From a virus (lineage: Duplodnaviria; Caudoviricetes), in IMG/VR virus record IMGVR_UViG_3300012344_000011, positions 64,001 to 128,000 of that record: 64,000 bases of DNA. The stretch is one strand, 5' to 3'. Below the pieces are notes generated by a model. That model did no database searches. It was not told the DNA's origin and saw nothing but the letters and a program-made list of their open reading frames with translations. The first letter of the stretch is position 1; each line of letters starts with the position of its first letter. The translations under genes were made by a program, and so were the position numbers. Positions 48,454 through 58,201 of this stretch are shown piece after piece.

Positions 48454-49152
48454 GCAAAACTAATTGTGTGGAAAATGTGCAGGAGAAAATTCTCTTGCAC
48501 CTGACCGCGCATTATGGTATTATGTAGGTGTCGAAAGGAGATAGGAAATTGAGAAATTGAAAAGACATAGAAACGGGGATTGTACTTAACCAAAGGGTAT
48601 TGCGAGAGAGCGTAGTCCGTCCTAAAAAATAAGAAGATTTTATGTAGACTATTGACGCTTCGCGCTATCTCTGCTACGCAGAAAAAACTTCTATTTTCCT
48701 ATTGCATTTGTCTATTGGATAATGTAAAATGTAACTGTACCCAAGAGAAAGGGAAAATGGATACTGTTATTTGTCCTAAGTGCGGCAAAGAAGTAAGAAT
48801 GAAAGCACGACATTATTTTAATGCCTAAGTTTTCTAAAAACTTTTAGAAGTTTTCCTTGCAAGAATAAAAAGTTTCTGTTATACTAACAGTATCAGAAAG
48901 AAAAGGGAAAAAATGAAACAAGGTTTTACGCTTCAAATTCTTGACAAGAGCGGTTGTGCTATTCGCCGCAAATGGTTCTTGACTGTTAGCGCGGCTAATG
49001 CTTGGCTAGATTGGCAATACCCGCACAGAGATGAGCTAGGATATTCAATTGAAATTTTCTATGACTAGAAAAATCAAAAAAAACTTTTAGAACCCCTTGC
49101 ACAAGCAAGGGGTTTTTGCTATACTAATAGTGTCAGGTAAGAGAAAGAGGAA

Positions 49153-49452
49153 ATGAAAATGACCAACGAAAAGCACGAAGTAACGAATACCCGCTTTGCG
49201 GACAATGCTAAAAGCACTTGGGAACTTGTTTGGGAAAATTTGCAATTACTTTGCTTAGGGTTGACTATTGCAGGGCAAATTCTTATTGGTGGTTCTTATG
49301 TAATTGGGCAAGGCATTTGGCTAGTTTCTAATGTAATTTGCTTGACCCGTGATTTTGTTCTTCGCCGCCCGATGGCTGACAAAGTAAAGAATGCAGTACT
49401 AACCGCAATTACACTAACACTAGTTATCAATTACTTTTTGGGGATTTTTTAA
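49153..49452 (+). CDS. Small membrane protein
   Basis: Two to three hydrophobic segments; own promoter, SD and terminator. Confidence 0.65.
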   Translation: MKMTNEKHEVTNTRFADNAKSTWELVWENLQLLCLGLTIAGQILIGGSYVIGQGIWLVSNVICLTRDFVLRRPMADKVKNAVLTAITLTLVINYFLGIF

Positions 49453-49659
49453 ATCCCCTCTTTTTCATTATCGTGTTTAACAAAGTAAGCGTGAATAGGC
49501 GAAAAATTATACACCCGCAACCGTAAAAAAGTCAAGAAGAATTTTTAAAAATTTTCAATTATTTTTTATTTCCTAAAATATTTTATGTTACAAAGATAGT
49601 TGTTGACAAAGAAAAATTATCTGTTATACTTAAAGAGTAATCCAAGAGAAAGAGAAAAG

Positions 49660-50118
49660 ATGAAAGCGATTTATTTTGATATGGACGGCACTATTTATGA
49701 CCTTTACAGTGTAAACAATTGGCTTTGTTTATTGGAAAATGAAAATGAAATTGCTTATTCATGCGGCAAACCGCTCTATGATATGGTTGCTCTTAATGCT
49801 CTATTGGAGGAATTTGTCTCTATGGGCGTTACTATTGGAGTCATTACTTGGAACGCAATGAATGGTAGTAAAGAGTTTGGCAAACGTACCCGCGCAATTA
49901 AGAAACAGTGGATTGAAAAGAATTTGCCTTGTGTTAGTGAATTTCATTGTATCAAATATGGCACACCAAAGCAAAGTGTATGCAAAGTAAAAAAGTCTAT
50001 TCTTATTGACGATAATGCGGAAGTACGCGCTGTTTGGAACGGTGAAACGATTGATGCAAACAAAAATATCATGAAAGAGTTAAAAAAACTTCTTGCACTC
50101 TTAAAAGAAACGTGCTAA
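49660..50118 (+). CDS. HAD-family phosphatase / 5'-nucleotidase-like protein
   Basis: YFDMDGT, VITW, K and ILIDDN motifs. Confidence 0.85.
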   Translation: MKAIYFDMDGTIYDLYSVNNWLCLLENENEIAYSCGKPLYDMVALNALLEEFVSMGVTIGVITWNAMNGSKEFGKRTRAIKKQWIEKNLPCVSEFHCIKYGTPKQSVCKVKKSILIDDNAEVRAVWNGETIDANKNIMKELKKLLALLKETC

Positions 50119-50157
50119 AATAACCTTGTTGGAAAGATAAGAGAAAGGAAACCAACA

Positions 50158-50340
50158 ATGCGTGACCCTGAAAGAATTGACAAGTTTTGCGAAGAGCTTG
50201 CGGTGCAATGGCACAAAGTACCTGATTGGCGTTTTGGGCAATTGATTAATAACGTTATCGGAACAATGGCAAAGAAAGATATTTTCTTTATTGAAGATGA
50301 TGAAATGATAAGTTTCTTTGAAGATTATTTCAAGGAATAA
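50158..50340 (+). CDS. Conserved small phage protein
   Basis: MRDPERID...W..VPDWRFGQL...FFIEDD. Confidence 0.75.
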   Translation: MRDPERIDKFCEELAVQWHKVPDWRFGQLINNVIGTMAKKDIFFIEDDEMISFFEDYFKE

Positions 50341-50494
50341 AAAGAGCGGGTATTGCTTAAGCAATATCCGCTTTATTTTTTCATAACTAACTAAAACACC
50401 AAGGCAGGGCGAAAAAATTATATCACACCTGAGAAGAAAAATCAAGCAAATTCTAAAAAATTTTTGAAAAATTTTTTGTTCCTGAAATAGATCG

Positions 50495-51650
50495 TGTTAC
50501 GAAAATATTTTTAGTAACACTGAGAAAGCTATTGACAAGGCTACTAAGATTTAGTATTATACATAATGTAAGTTAGCCAAGAGAAAGGAAAAAAGATATG
50601 GCTACTAAGAACGCACCTGTTGTAATGATTGAGGTTGACGGCGTAGAAGTACGCTTGACGAACGCGCTAATGATGGAATACGCAGTTGACGCCTTGCGCA
50701 AGGTTGACGCACCTGAAGCAGTGATTGAAAAGGCTACTATGCACCTTGCACAGTTGACCAAGGGAAAGAGTGGAGAAAAGAAAGAGACTGAAAAGCATAA
50801 GGAAAATGTAGCTCTTGCAAAGCGTATTCTTGCGGCTATGCCTGATAGTGAACCTGTTACGGGTGCTTGGATTGTGGAGAACGTGGAAGGCGTTGTTTCT
50901 TCGCAACGTTGTACTGCTATTATGAAAATTCTTGTTGAAAATGACCTGGTGGTGAAAATTCCTAAAGTGGAGGGTAGCCGCTTGGGTTATCAAAAAAAGT
51001 AAAAATTAAGTGAAAGCTTGCGGGCGGGGTAGCGAAAGCGCCCTGCCTGGGCGAAAAATTATACTACGCCCGCCGCAAAAAGTCAAGAGTTTTTTTTGAG
51101 AATTTTTATTTGTGTTTTTTTCCTGAAAAAATTTTTTCTAAAAGTTCTTGCTTTCTCTTGGGCGTTGTGGTAGAATGTAAGGATCGTCGATTGCGGCTGG
51201 TGTTACGATTTTAGGGATCGTAACATGTGAGGTTTCTGTGAAGGAGAAATTTTTTGAGAAAGTTCTTGCAATTAGATATGACCCATGGTATCATGTATCT
51301 AGAAACAAACAAGGACAACGCGCAGCCTCTCGCGGAAGCGGTTAGGGAAGTCTGTCATTTTTTTTATGTAGATTTTATGTTTTTTATGTGTACCTATTTG
51401 TGAATGTTTTGTGAAGATTCTTCATTCGTGGTTGACAAGCTACCCCTAGTTGGGCGAAAAATTATAATACGCGCCTTGAAAAAATGCAAGAACTATTTTT
51501 ACAAATTGAGAAATTCTTATTTTGCCCACATGTTACGTTTTCAACGATCGTAACAAGTGTTACGTTTTCAACGATCGTAACATGTTACAAAACATAGCAT
51601 ATTTTATATTACAAACTACGATCAGTGTTACGAAAAAACTTTTAGTAACA
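50495..51650. promoter_or_regulatory. Five TGTTAC-N13-GTAACA palindromic sites
   Basis: Copies at 50495, 51201, 51531, 51558 and 51626. Confidence 0.8.
50598..51002 (+). CDS. wHTH DNA-binding protein (paralogue 1)
   Basis: KENVALA..I...MP...PVTGAW...VSSQRCTAIMKILV....V.K......GY. Confidence 0.65.
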   Translation: MATKNAPVVMIEVDGVEVRLTNALMMEYAVDALRKVDAPEAVIEKATMHLAQLTKGKSGEKKETEKHKENVALAKRILAAMPDSEPVTGAWIVENVEGVVSSQRCTAIMKILVENDLVVKIPKVEGSRLGYQKK

Positions 51651-51724
51651 TTGAAAAAAGTATTGACACCAAAGCGCAAACGGCTATAATGAATAATATC
51701 AGTTAGCGAAGAGAAAGCAGAACC

Positions 51725-52426
51725 ATGAAACCCTATGTAGTAATTGACACGGAGACCGCGCCTGAGCCTTGGTTTGATAAAAACCATATGGACAAGACTT
51801 CACTTGTCTATGATTTGGGCTATATCATTACAGACGGGGAAACCGTCTTGTGCGAGCGTTCGTTTGTTATCGCGGAAACTTTCTATAATGACGCAATGAT
51901 GAATAGCGCATATTTTGCGGACAAGCTTCCGCAATATCGCACGGGACTTGGTAAAGAGTGGGAAGTTGTTTCATTCTTGACCGCTTGGGAAACCGTTAAA
52001 AACGACTGCAAAGAGTTTGGCGTAAAAGACGTTTACGCCTATAACGCAAGGTTTGACCGCAACGTTCTCAATCATACGATTGAAACCTATTCCAAAGGTT
52101 TTGTGAAGTTCTTTTTTCCCTATAAACTTCGCATTAAGGATATATGGACAATGGCGGGAAAAACAATTTGTGCAACAAAGAAGTTCGTTAAATATTGCGT
52201 TGAAAACGGTTATATGACGGACAAGGGAAACCCAAGCACGAACGCAGAAATTGTGTATCGCTATATAACGAAAGATAGCGAATTTATTGAGGCTCATACT
52301 GCCCTGCAAGATGCAATGATTGAAAATGAGATATTGAAGAAAGTTCGCAAGCGTCACCAAAAGACGGACACTAAGCCGAACGGTACGGGATGGCGCGCTG
52401 CAAGTACCATAAAAAAGAGCCTATAA
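51725..52426 (+). CDS. DEDDh 3'-5' exonuclease
   Basis: VVIDTET, AYNARFD and AHTALQDA motifs. Confidence 0.85.
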   Translation: MKPYVVIDTETAPEPWFDKNHMDKTSLVYDLGYIITDGETVLCERSFVIAETFYNDAMMNSAYFADKLPQYRTGLGKEWEVVSFLTAWETVKNDCKEFGVKDVYAYNARFDRNVLNHTIETYSKGFVKFFFPYKLRIKDIWTMAGKTICATKKFVKYCVENGYMTDKGNPSTNAEIVYRYITKDSEFIEAHTALQDAMIENEILKKVRKRHQKTDTKPNGTGWRAASTIKKSL

Positions 52427-52752
52427 GAAAATAGGGGTTGCTTCAAAAAGAAGCAACCCCCCGCCCAAGAGAAAAGAGGAAAATATGTTTTGCCTAAGTG
52501 ATATTTATAACCGTCTTGACCCCGCTTGGTTTGATAGTAAAGACGCGCTAATTGCGGAAATTGAAGCACTCAAGCAAGAGGGTTATTCAATGAGCGAATT
52601 TGAGATTTATGTACCTTGCTCAATAGAAAAATTCTTGAGTTTGTCGTAAAAAAGTCTTGCACCAAGTATCAACCTATGTTATCATGTTAGACAACAAGGG
52701 ATAAGAAAACACCACGAACGCGCTTTCCCTTGAGCGCAAGAAAGAGGAAATT

Positions 52753-53127
52753 ATGGCCATGAACACTGTAACCCGCATTGACGTTTTGACCGCTATCATT
52801 GCCAAGGATTGGGACTTTTTGAGCAGTGAAGACGCGCAAACCGTAGCAAGCAAGATGCTTGCAAGCCTTGAGAAAGCACGTGACAAGGCGGATAAAAAAG
52901 CGACAACCCCAAGTAAAGCGGCTTTGGAAAACGAAAAGCTTGCCCATGACGTTGCAATGATTATGCCTGAAAATGAGATAGTTTTGACCTCTTGGATTAT
53001 GGAACGTGTGAAGGGGATTGCGACCCCGCAAAAATGCACTAAGGTTATGGCGGTACTCATCGCAAAAAATCGCGTTGAAAAAATCGCGAAAGTGAAGGGT
53101 AAGTATGTAGGTTACAAATTGATTTAG
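52753..53127 (+). CDS. wHTH DNA-binding protein (paralogue 2)
   Basis: TVTR...PSKAALENEKLAHDVAMIMPE...LTSWIMERVKGIATPQKCT...YVGYKLI. Confidence 0.65.
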   Translation: MAMNTVTRIDVLTAIIAKDWDFLSSEDAQTVASKMLASLEKARDKADKKATTPSKAALENEKLAHDVAMIMPENEIVLTSWIMERVKGIATPQKCTKVMAVLIAKNRVEKIAKVKGKYVGYKLI

Positions 53128-53636
53128 TGTAACACTTACTCAATGAGTAATAGACTTCCTAGCAATAGGAAGTCTATTATTTTTTACAAAAAGTTGTTGA
53201 CAGTCTAAGAGTGAACTGGTAAAATTCCGCCCGCCTGTGGTCAAGTGCTCGTAGCAAGATAGAAAACGGCTTTCCAAGAGAAAGAGAAGAGAACAAGAAC
53301 ATTTGTTTCTATTGGAGAAATCCTGAAACACTATATAGCCTATTGGAGAAAGTGCGGCTAATAGCTTATACAAAATTCACGATCATCACTAATAATTCAC
53401 AATTGAAAAACAATACAAATAATTCACAATTGAAAATTTTTGAAAAAAGTTCTTGACACTCCTTATAGAGTAGTGGTAAAATCTCGCCCGCCCAGGATCA
53501 CATAACCCAGCGCGGGCGTGTTCATTATATCACACCCTTGTAAAAAAGTCAAGCAAATTTTTTCAACAACATAAAAAACACAAATCCCAAAAATATTAAG
53601 TTGTGTAGATTTTGTGTTTTTTGTGTAGATTTGTGG

Positions 53637-53941
53637 TTATCAACACAGTTATCAACAGTGTTAGTAACTTTATCAACAGGTGTTAGTAAAAAATTATCAA
53701 CAGTGTTGATAACTTATTTGAAACTATTGAGATTTTAATTGTGTTTTTTTGTGGTCTTTTGAGCGTAGCGATCAAAGGAGGGCGAAAATTATACCACACC
53801 CGCCAAGAAAAGTCAAGAGGTATTTTTAAAAATTCACAATTTCTTCACATTTTCTGTTTTCCACAATTTGTTGAAAACTTGTTGAAAACTTTTTCAACAG
53901 TGTTAGTAATTTTTTCAACAGCTGTTGAAAATTTATCAACA
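53637..53941. repeat. DnaA-box-like cluster 1 (TTWTCAACA/TTTTCCACA, about 12 copies, both orientations)
   Basis: Direct reading; most copies are one mismatch from TTWTNCACA. Confidence 0.7.
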
Positions 53942-53972
53942 AAAAAAAGCATCCCTATTTTTAGGGATGCTA
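53941..53972 (-). terminator. Terminator at the convergent strand switch
   Basis: AGCATCCCTA/TAGGGATGCT hairpin with an A-run on the plus strand. Confidence 0.7.
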
Positions 53973-53991
53973 GTAGTTCGGCAACTCTGTT

Positions 53992-54258
53992 TTATAGTTT
54001 TCTATGTGCGGCGGCTGTTAGTAGTTGTACTCCGCTCCATGTGAGTGCAACCTTGCGCCCGTTGATATGGTGAGCATCATACCCGCTAAACCTTGCGCGC
54101 TGTTTAGACGTTGCTTTTGCGTATGCAATAGCACGATGCGTTTTGTAACGCCTACCAAAAAGGGTAATTGTACTGCCCTCCTTGTAGGGGTTAAAACACC
54201 CTCTACGGGTGTAACCTGTTTCGTAGAATGCTACACCGTCAAGAATTGCAAATGGCAC
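53992..54258 (-). CDS. Small degenerate HNH-like protein
   Basis: YKTHRAIAYA...YDAHHING. Confidence 0.5.
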   Translation of the reverse strand: MPFAILDGVAFYETGYTRRGCFNPYKEGSTITLFGRRYKTHRAIAYAKATSKQRARFSGYDAHHINGRKVALTWSGVQLLTAAAHRKL

Positions 54259-54328
54259 CTAAAACACCCCCCTAGAATCGCTCCTGAATAGTATCAGGGC
54301 AGTTTTACCACGTGCCCGGGTGGGTTGA

Positions 54329-54715
54329 CTAAATCAGTTTATAGCCAACATACCCCTTTTGGAAGTTAGGCACTTTTTCCACGCGCCCCTTTTCTAGCAA
54401 CACGCGCATAATAGCGGTGCACTTTTGGGGGGTAGTAATGCCTTTAACATGTTCCATGACCCATGAAGTCAAAACAGGCTCACCCTCAGGCATGACCATG
54501 GCAACTTCATGAGCAAGTTGACTGTTTTCAATAGAAGCCTTGGACGGCTTTTTATCAGGCTTTTTGCTCAAAGAAACCAACATCTTTTGTGCAACTTCCA
54601 CGTATTCAGACGCGGGTAAAGCAGTAAGTTCGGCTAACATGTTTTCAGCTTCCAAAAGTTCAAAAGCTTTAACAGCCAACTCAATCATTGCAACGCGTGT
54701 AACAGTCTTTTTCAT
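54329..54715 (-). CDS. wHTH DNA-binding protein (paralogue 3)
   Basis: Closely similar to 52753-53127 (PSKASIENSQLAHEVAMVMPE..LTSWVMEHVKGITTPQKCT..YVGYKLI); GAAAGG SD before MKKTVTR. Confidence 0.7.
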   Translation of the reverse strand: MKKTVTRVAMIELAVKAFELLEAENMLAELTALPASEYVEVAQKMLVSLSKKPDKKPSKASIENSQLAHEVAMVMPEGEPVLTSWVMEHVKGITTPQKCTAIMRVLLEKGRVEKVPNFQKGYVGYKLI

Positions 54716-54876
54716 GGTAGAACCTTTCTCGCCCCTGTCAGGCGGCGGGGCTGATACGTGGTGTTTGCCTGACAACAACCATTATCCACGGCGCAATACT
54801 TTTTGCAACTCGCGTCTGACCTGGGGCTTTAGACAAAATGCCTGGTCAGAAGCTCAAAAAAAATTCTAAAAAAAAG

Positions 54877-55060
54877 TTTTCAACACAAGAAAAAAGTTCT
54901 CCATAATTTATTGAAAATTTGTTGAAAACATTATCAACAGCTTATCAACACGTTATTAACGCTGTTAACAATTTTCAACAGCTGTTGAAAAGTTTCAACA
55001 CTAGGGTAGAGTTACCAACACGTGTCGATAAGTTTTCCACAAGTTATCAACTTTTCAACA
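54877..55060. repeat. DnaA-box-like cluster 2 (about 12 copies)
   Basis: TTATCAACA, TTTTCAACA, TTTTCCACA and their reverse complements. Confidence 0.7.
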
Positions 55061-55452
55061 GTATAAGGCTCAGCGCTGGAATCTGGCGATTCCAGCGATT
55101 TTTGCGCTGCTGTCAACCAGATTTTTTGTATAGGCCTATAGGCGCGAATCTCTAGATCTTGAAATCCCAAAACAAATCCCTTCTGTCAAGTTTTTTTTTT
55201 TTTTTTAGATATTCAGAATAATTATACCACATTTTTGTCCAATAGTCAAGCAAAATATAAAGCTAACACCGCAAATCTTTATAAAAACTATACAATTGTG
55301 CGGCAAACTGTCAAGAAAATTTATAAAACAGCACAAAAATTACATAAAATAAATCTTTTTTATTCTTATTTGAGGATAATCCGCATAAAAAAAAAGACCT
55401 AGGGACACCACACCCTAGGTCATTAAGAAGAGAAAGGAAGGACGAAACCAGC

Positions 55453-55842
55453 TTATGCCTTAGGCTTACGCTTTTTAGACAAAGTGATTTCATACGTATC
55501 GTCACCAACTGTAAAACTAACAATACGTTCTACATTAGTAATTGTCACATTATCAGTATTATCAATATCCAAGAGACAAGAATAAAGAGATTGGATCAGC
55601 TCTCGTTTGACTTCATCGGGCTGACGTTTGCGGCTAGAAGGCTTTTTATTTACAATACCTTCTTGAGCAACTACAAGCTCTGCCGCATACTCATCTTCTT
55701 GCATATATCCATTTTCAAAAAGCCACTGATCAATGGCGGCTTTGGTGCTGCCCAGCGCATTACGCTTAGTTTTTAGCTCGTTATCAGGAATGTCAACCTT
55801 AGTACCTGTTTGGGAGTAGCTCTTTGGAAGTGTATACAGCAT
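55453..55842 (-). CDS. Hypothetical phage protein
   Basis: Intact ORF ending ITNVERIVSF..GDDTYEITLSKKRKPK; terminator at ~55387-55421. Confidence 0.65.
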   Translation of the reverse strand: MLYTLPKSYSQTGTKVDIPDNELKTKRNALGSTKAAIDQWLFENGYMQEDEYAAELVVAQEGIVNKKPSSRKRQPDEVKRELIQSLYSCLLDIDNTDNVTITNVERIVSFTVGDDTYEITLSKKRKPKA

Positions 55843-55918
55843 ATGTTATACTCTTTTCTATGTTGAAAGGTGGTGCGGCAGACCTGCCCGCTGCCGCTCG
55901 GGAGTTACTAAGTAACCT

Positions 55919-56290
55919 TTAGGCGATAACGTAAGCGTTAGCTCCTTTACCATTACCTTCGATCTTGATAGCAAGATCCTGCTTTACCAAACCACGCAAA
56001 CGAGCAGAAGCCTTCTGAGTAGATACACCCATTGCTTCACCTACAGCCTTAGCGGTGTAAGCTGCTCCATCCTGAGCCAGGAAAGAGAGGATAGCCTTGT
56101 CAAGCTCAATATCCTCAGGCTTAGGCGCTGCCTTGGTCTTAGACTTGGAGTGAGTCATTGCTTTACGCTCAAGCAAGAATGCCTTAGCATCTGCTACAGT
56201 GAAACCCGGGATTGCCTGCGGCTCACGTCCTTCCAGCAAATCAACGGTTGCCTGGAACTTCATTGCGAGGGTGATCGTCTTATCTGCCAT
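55919..56290 (-). CDS. wHTH DNA-binding protein (paralogue 4)
   Basis: ILSFL...YTAKAVGEAMGVSTQKASARLRGLVKQDLAIK. Confidence 0.7.
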   Translation of the reverse strand: MADKTITLAMKFQATVDLLEGREPQAIPGFTVADAKAFLLERKAMTHSKSKTKAAPKPEDIELDKAILSFLAQDGAAYTAKAVGEAMGVSTQKASARLRGLVKQDLAIKIEGNGKGANAYVIA

Positions 56291-57144
56291 ATCTGGCTCC
56301 TTTTCTGCGCATCTGCGCTGTCTCGTTTGGTTGGCTCAGCCCTTTGCCTTGCTCAACCGGGAGGACTTCCCAATCCGTCTTCCCTTTCTTATATTAATAT
56401 TATATCATATTTTCAAAGCTGTTGTCAACCAATTTCTTTAGGCTGGCTCAGCTCCAAGAGAGAAGTAAGTAAGGAAAGGAAATAACTCTTTATCTCTCTC
56501 AACCTTACCTTTATACTATATCATAAATGCGGGCCGGCTGTCAACTAATTCTCTAAGACGCCCGGCCGCAAAAGCTAAAACCGCATTTCAATATATAAAA
56601 ACTAAAATTCAAATTTCAGATTTGAAAATAAAAACTAAAATTCAAATTTGAAAATGAAAATTCAAAAATGAAAATTGAATTTCGGGAATGAAAATTGTAG
56701 TTAGGATTCCTAAAATTTCTTGACAAAAATGAATAATTTTTCAAAAATGTAAAAAAGTGGTATCAAAAAGCATATTTCACCTATTGTTTTGTTCCACCAA
56801 AAAGCATCTTTCACCTATCATTTTTTTTTGATACCCGAGATTTCGGGAAAATAGCTATTTTTAGCTCTTCTCCTGTCTCAGAGTTCATCACTACAGCCTG
56901 GATTTCGGATGCTTGTCCCTGTGAATTGCGGCACAGCTGACCCGGAAATCTGAAGAACGCCCGGCCGCATCCACAAAAATTTTTTGACAAAATTGAATAA
57001 TCCAAAGCGTACAATTTTCAAATAAGAAAAAAAACTTTTTTAGCTTCAAGCTACCTTTTACTTACCTCTTGGATAGCTAAAAAATATCGAACAAATGTAT
57101 GCTAAAAACATAACTTTAGCTCTCCTATTTTTCCATTATAGGCA

Positions 57145-57660
57145 TTTACACAGGAATCGCTTTTTACGCTCATTTCAGAGCTTCTTTTAGCTTGAAAAAA
57201 GCTTGATTTTAGCTTGCTTTTTTAAAGATGCTCACAATTTCCAGAGAATTTTTTTTAGCTTTTTACCCAAGCATAAAAGCTACCTTGACTAAGCGAGTTT
57301 TGCGTCAGCAAAACGAAGCGTAGTAGCATTGAGCGAACGGAACGCAGTGTAGCGAGCGATAATGCTACTAAGGAGCGCAGCGTTAGCGTAGCTCCAAGCG
57401 CACCCTTAATGCTTAGCATAATGTAGCTTTTAGCATAGTATAAAATAGCTTATCCAAGTTAGCTAAAAATAGCTGCTAAAAATTATGCTAAAAATCTATG
57501 CTAAAAGCTTAAAAGAAGCTCTGAAAATATCCTCTCATAGACATTTACACACAAGTCGCTTTTTACGCTCATTTCAGGCTTGATTTGCATATGAAAAAAG
57601 CATCATTTTTAGCTTGATTTTTCAAGGGGCGCCAAATTTCCAGAGAATTTTTTTATGCTT
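57145..57660. repeat. ~115-bp imperfect direct repeats flanking a nested-hairpin element (57290-57410)
   Basis: CATTTACACA..TCGCTTTTTACGCTCATTTCAG..AATTTCCAGAGAATTTTTT occurs at ~57145 and ~57542. Confidence 0.75.
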
Positions 57661-57954
57661 GGAGCCTGAGCGAGATTTCCCTGCTAAAAAGTGAACCCCT
57701 TGACAAGCTGTAAATATAGTCACTCTCACACCAAACTATAAAGTATGAAACAAGCTATTTGTTACCATCTTCCTTACGCCTATAAGCATTGATACAGAAG
57801 CCTACACATTCTCGCACAAAGGTTGGCACAGTAACACCCTTTTTACCTGCCCAGTACGACCACAGCTCTTTTAGCTCAGGTGTAACTGGTACGCTCACTC
57901 TTTCAGTATACTCTGTCGCCATAAAAATTTCCTTTCACAAAAATGAAAATCCCA

Positions 57955-58201
57955 ATTATCTATTTATAGAAGTATAAATTTATTATATACAACTATTATA
58001 CTATTATATAATTATTATACTACTATATATATAACTAATATACTATTATATAAATATACTAAAATAAAATTCTATATCTTATTATTTATTATATTTATAT
58101 TATTTATATTATTTCTCCCTTGATTATCAAGACAAGATTGTCTTGATTATCAAGACAAGATTCCCTTGATTATCAAGATAACCCTTATCTTGATTATCAA
58201 G
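57955..58201. other. Putative replication origin: four iterons plus an AT-rich tract
   Basis: CTTGATTATCAAG at 58119, 58142, 58165 and 58189 (23-24 bp period), next to ~150 bp of almost pure A/T and an HTH gene. Confidence 0.65.

Larger units (their letters stand above)
46569..53818 (-). promoter_or_regulatory. Dispersed repeat: about 10 antisense sigma70-like promoters TTGAC-N17/18-TAYAAT-TTTCGCCC
   Basis: Copies begin at ~46569, 46736, 46989, 47839, 49498, 50407, 51049, 51452, 53514 and 53780. Confidence 0.75.

Noticed and set aside
54815-54850. TCTGACCTGGGG..CCTGGTCAGA motif as a hint of an actinobacterial host
   Set aside because: A single occurrence is not enough for host assignment.
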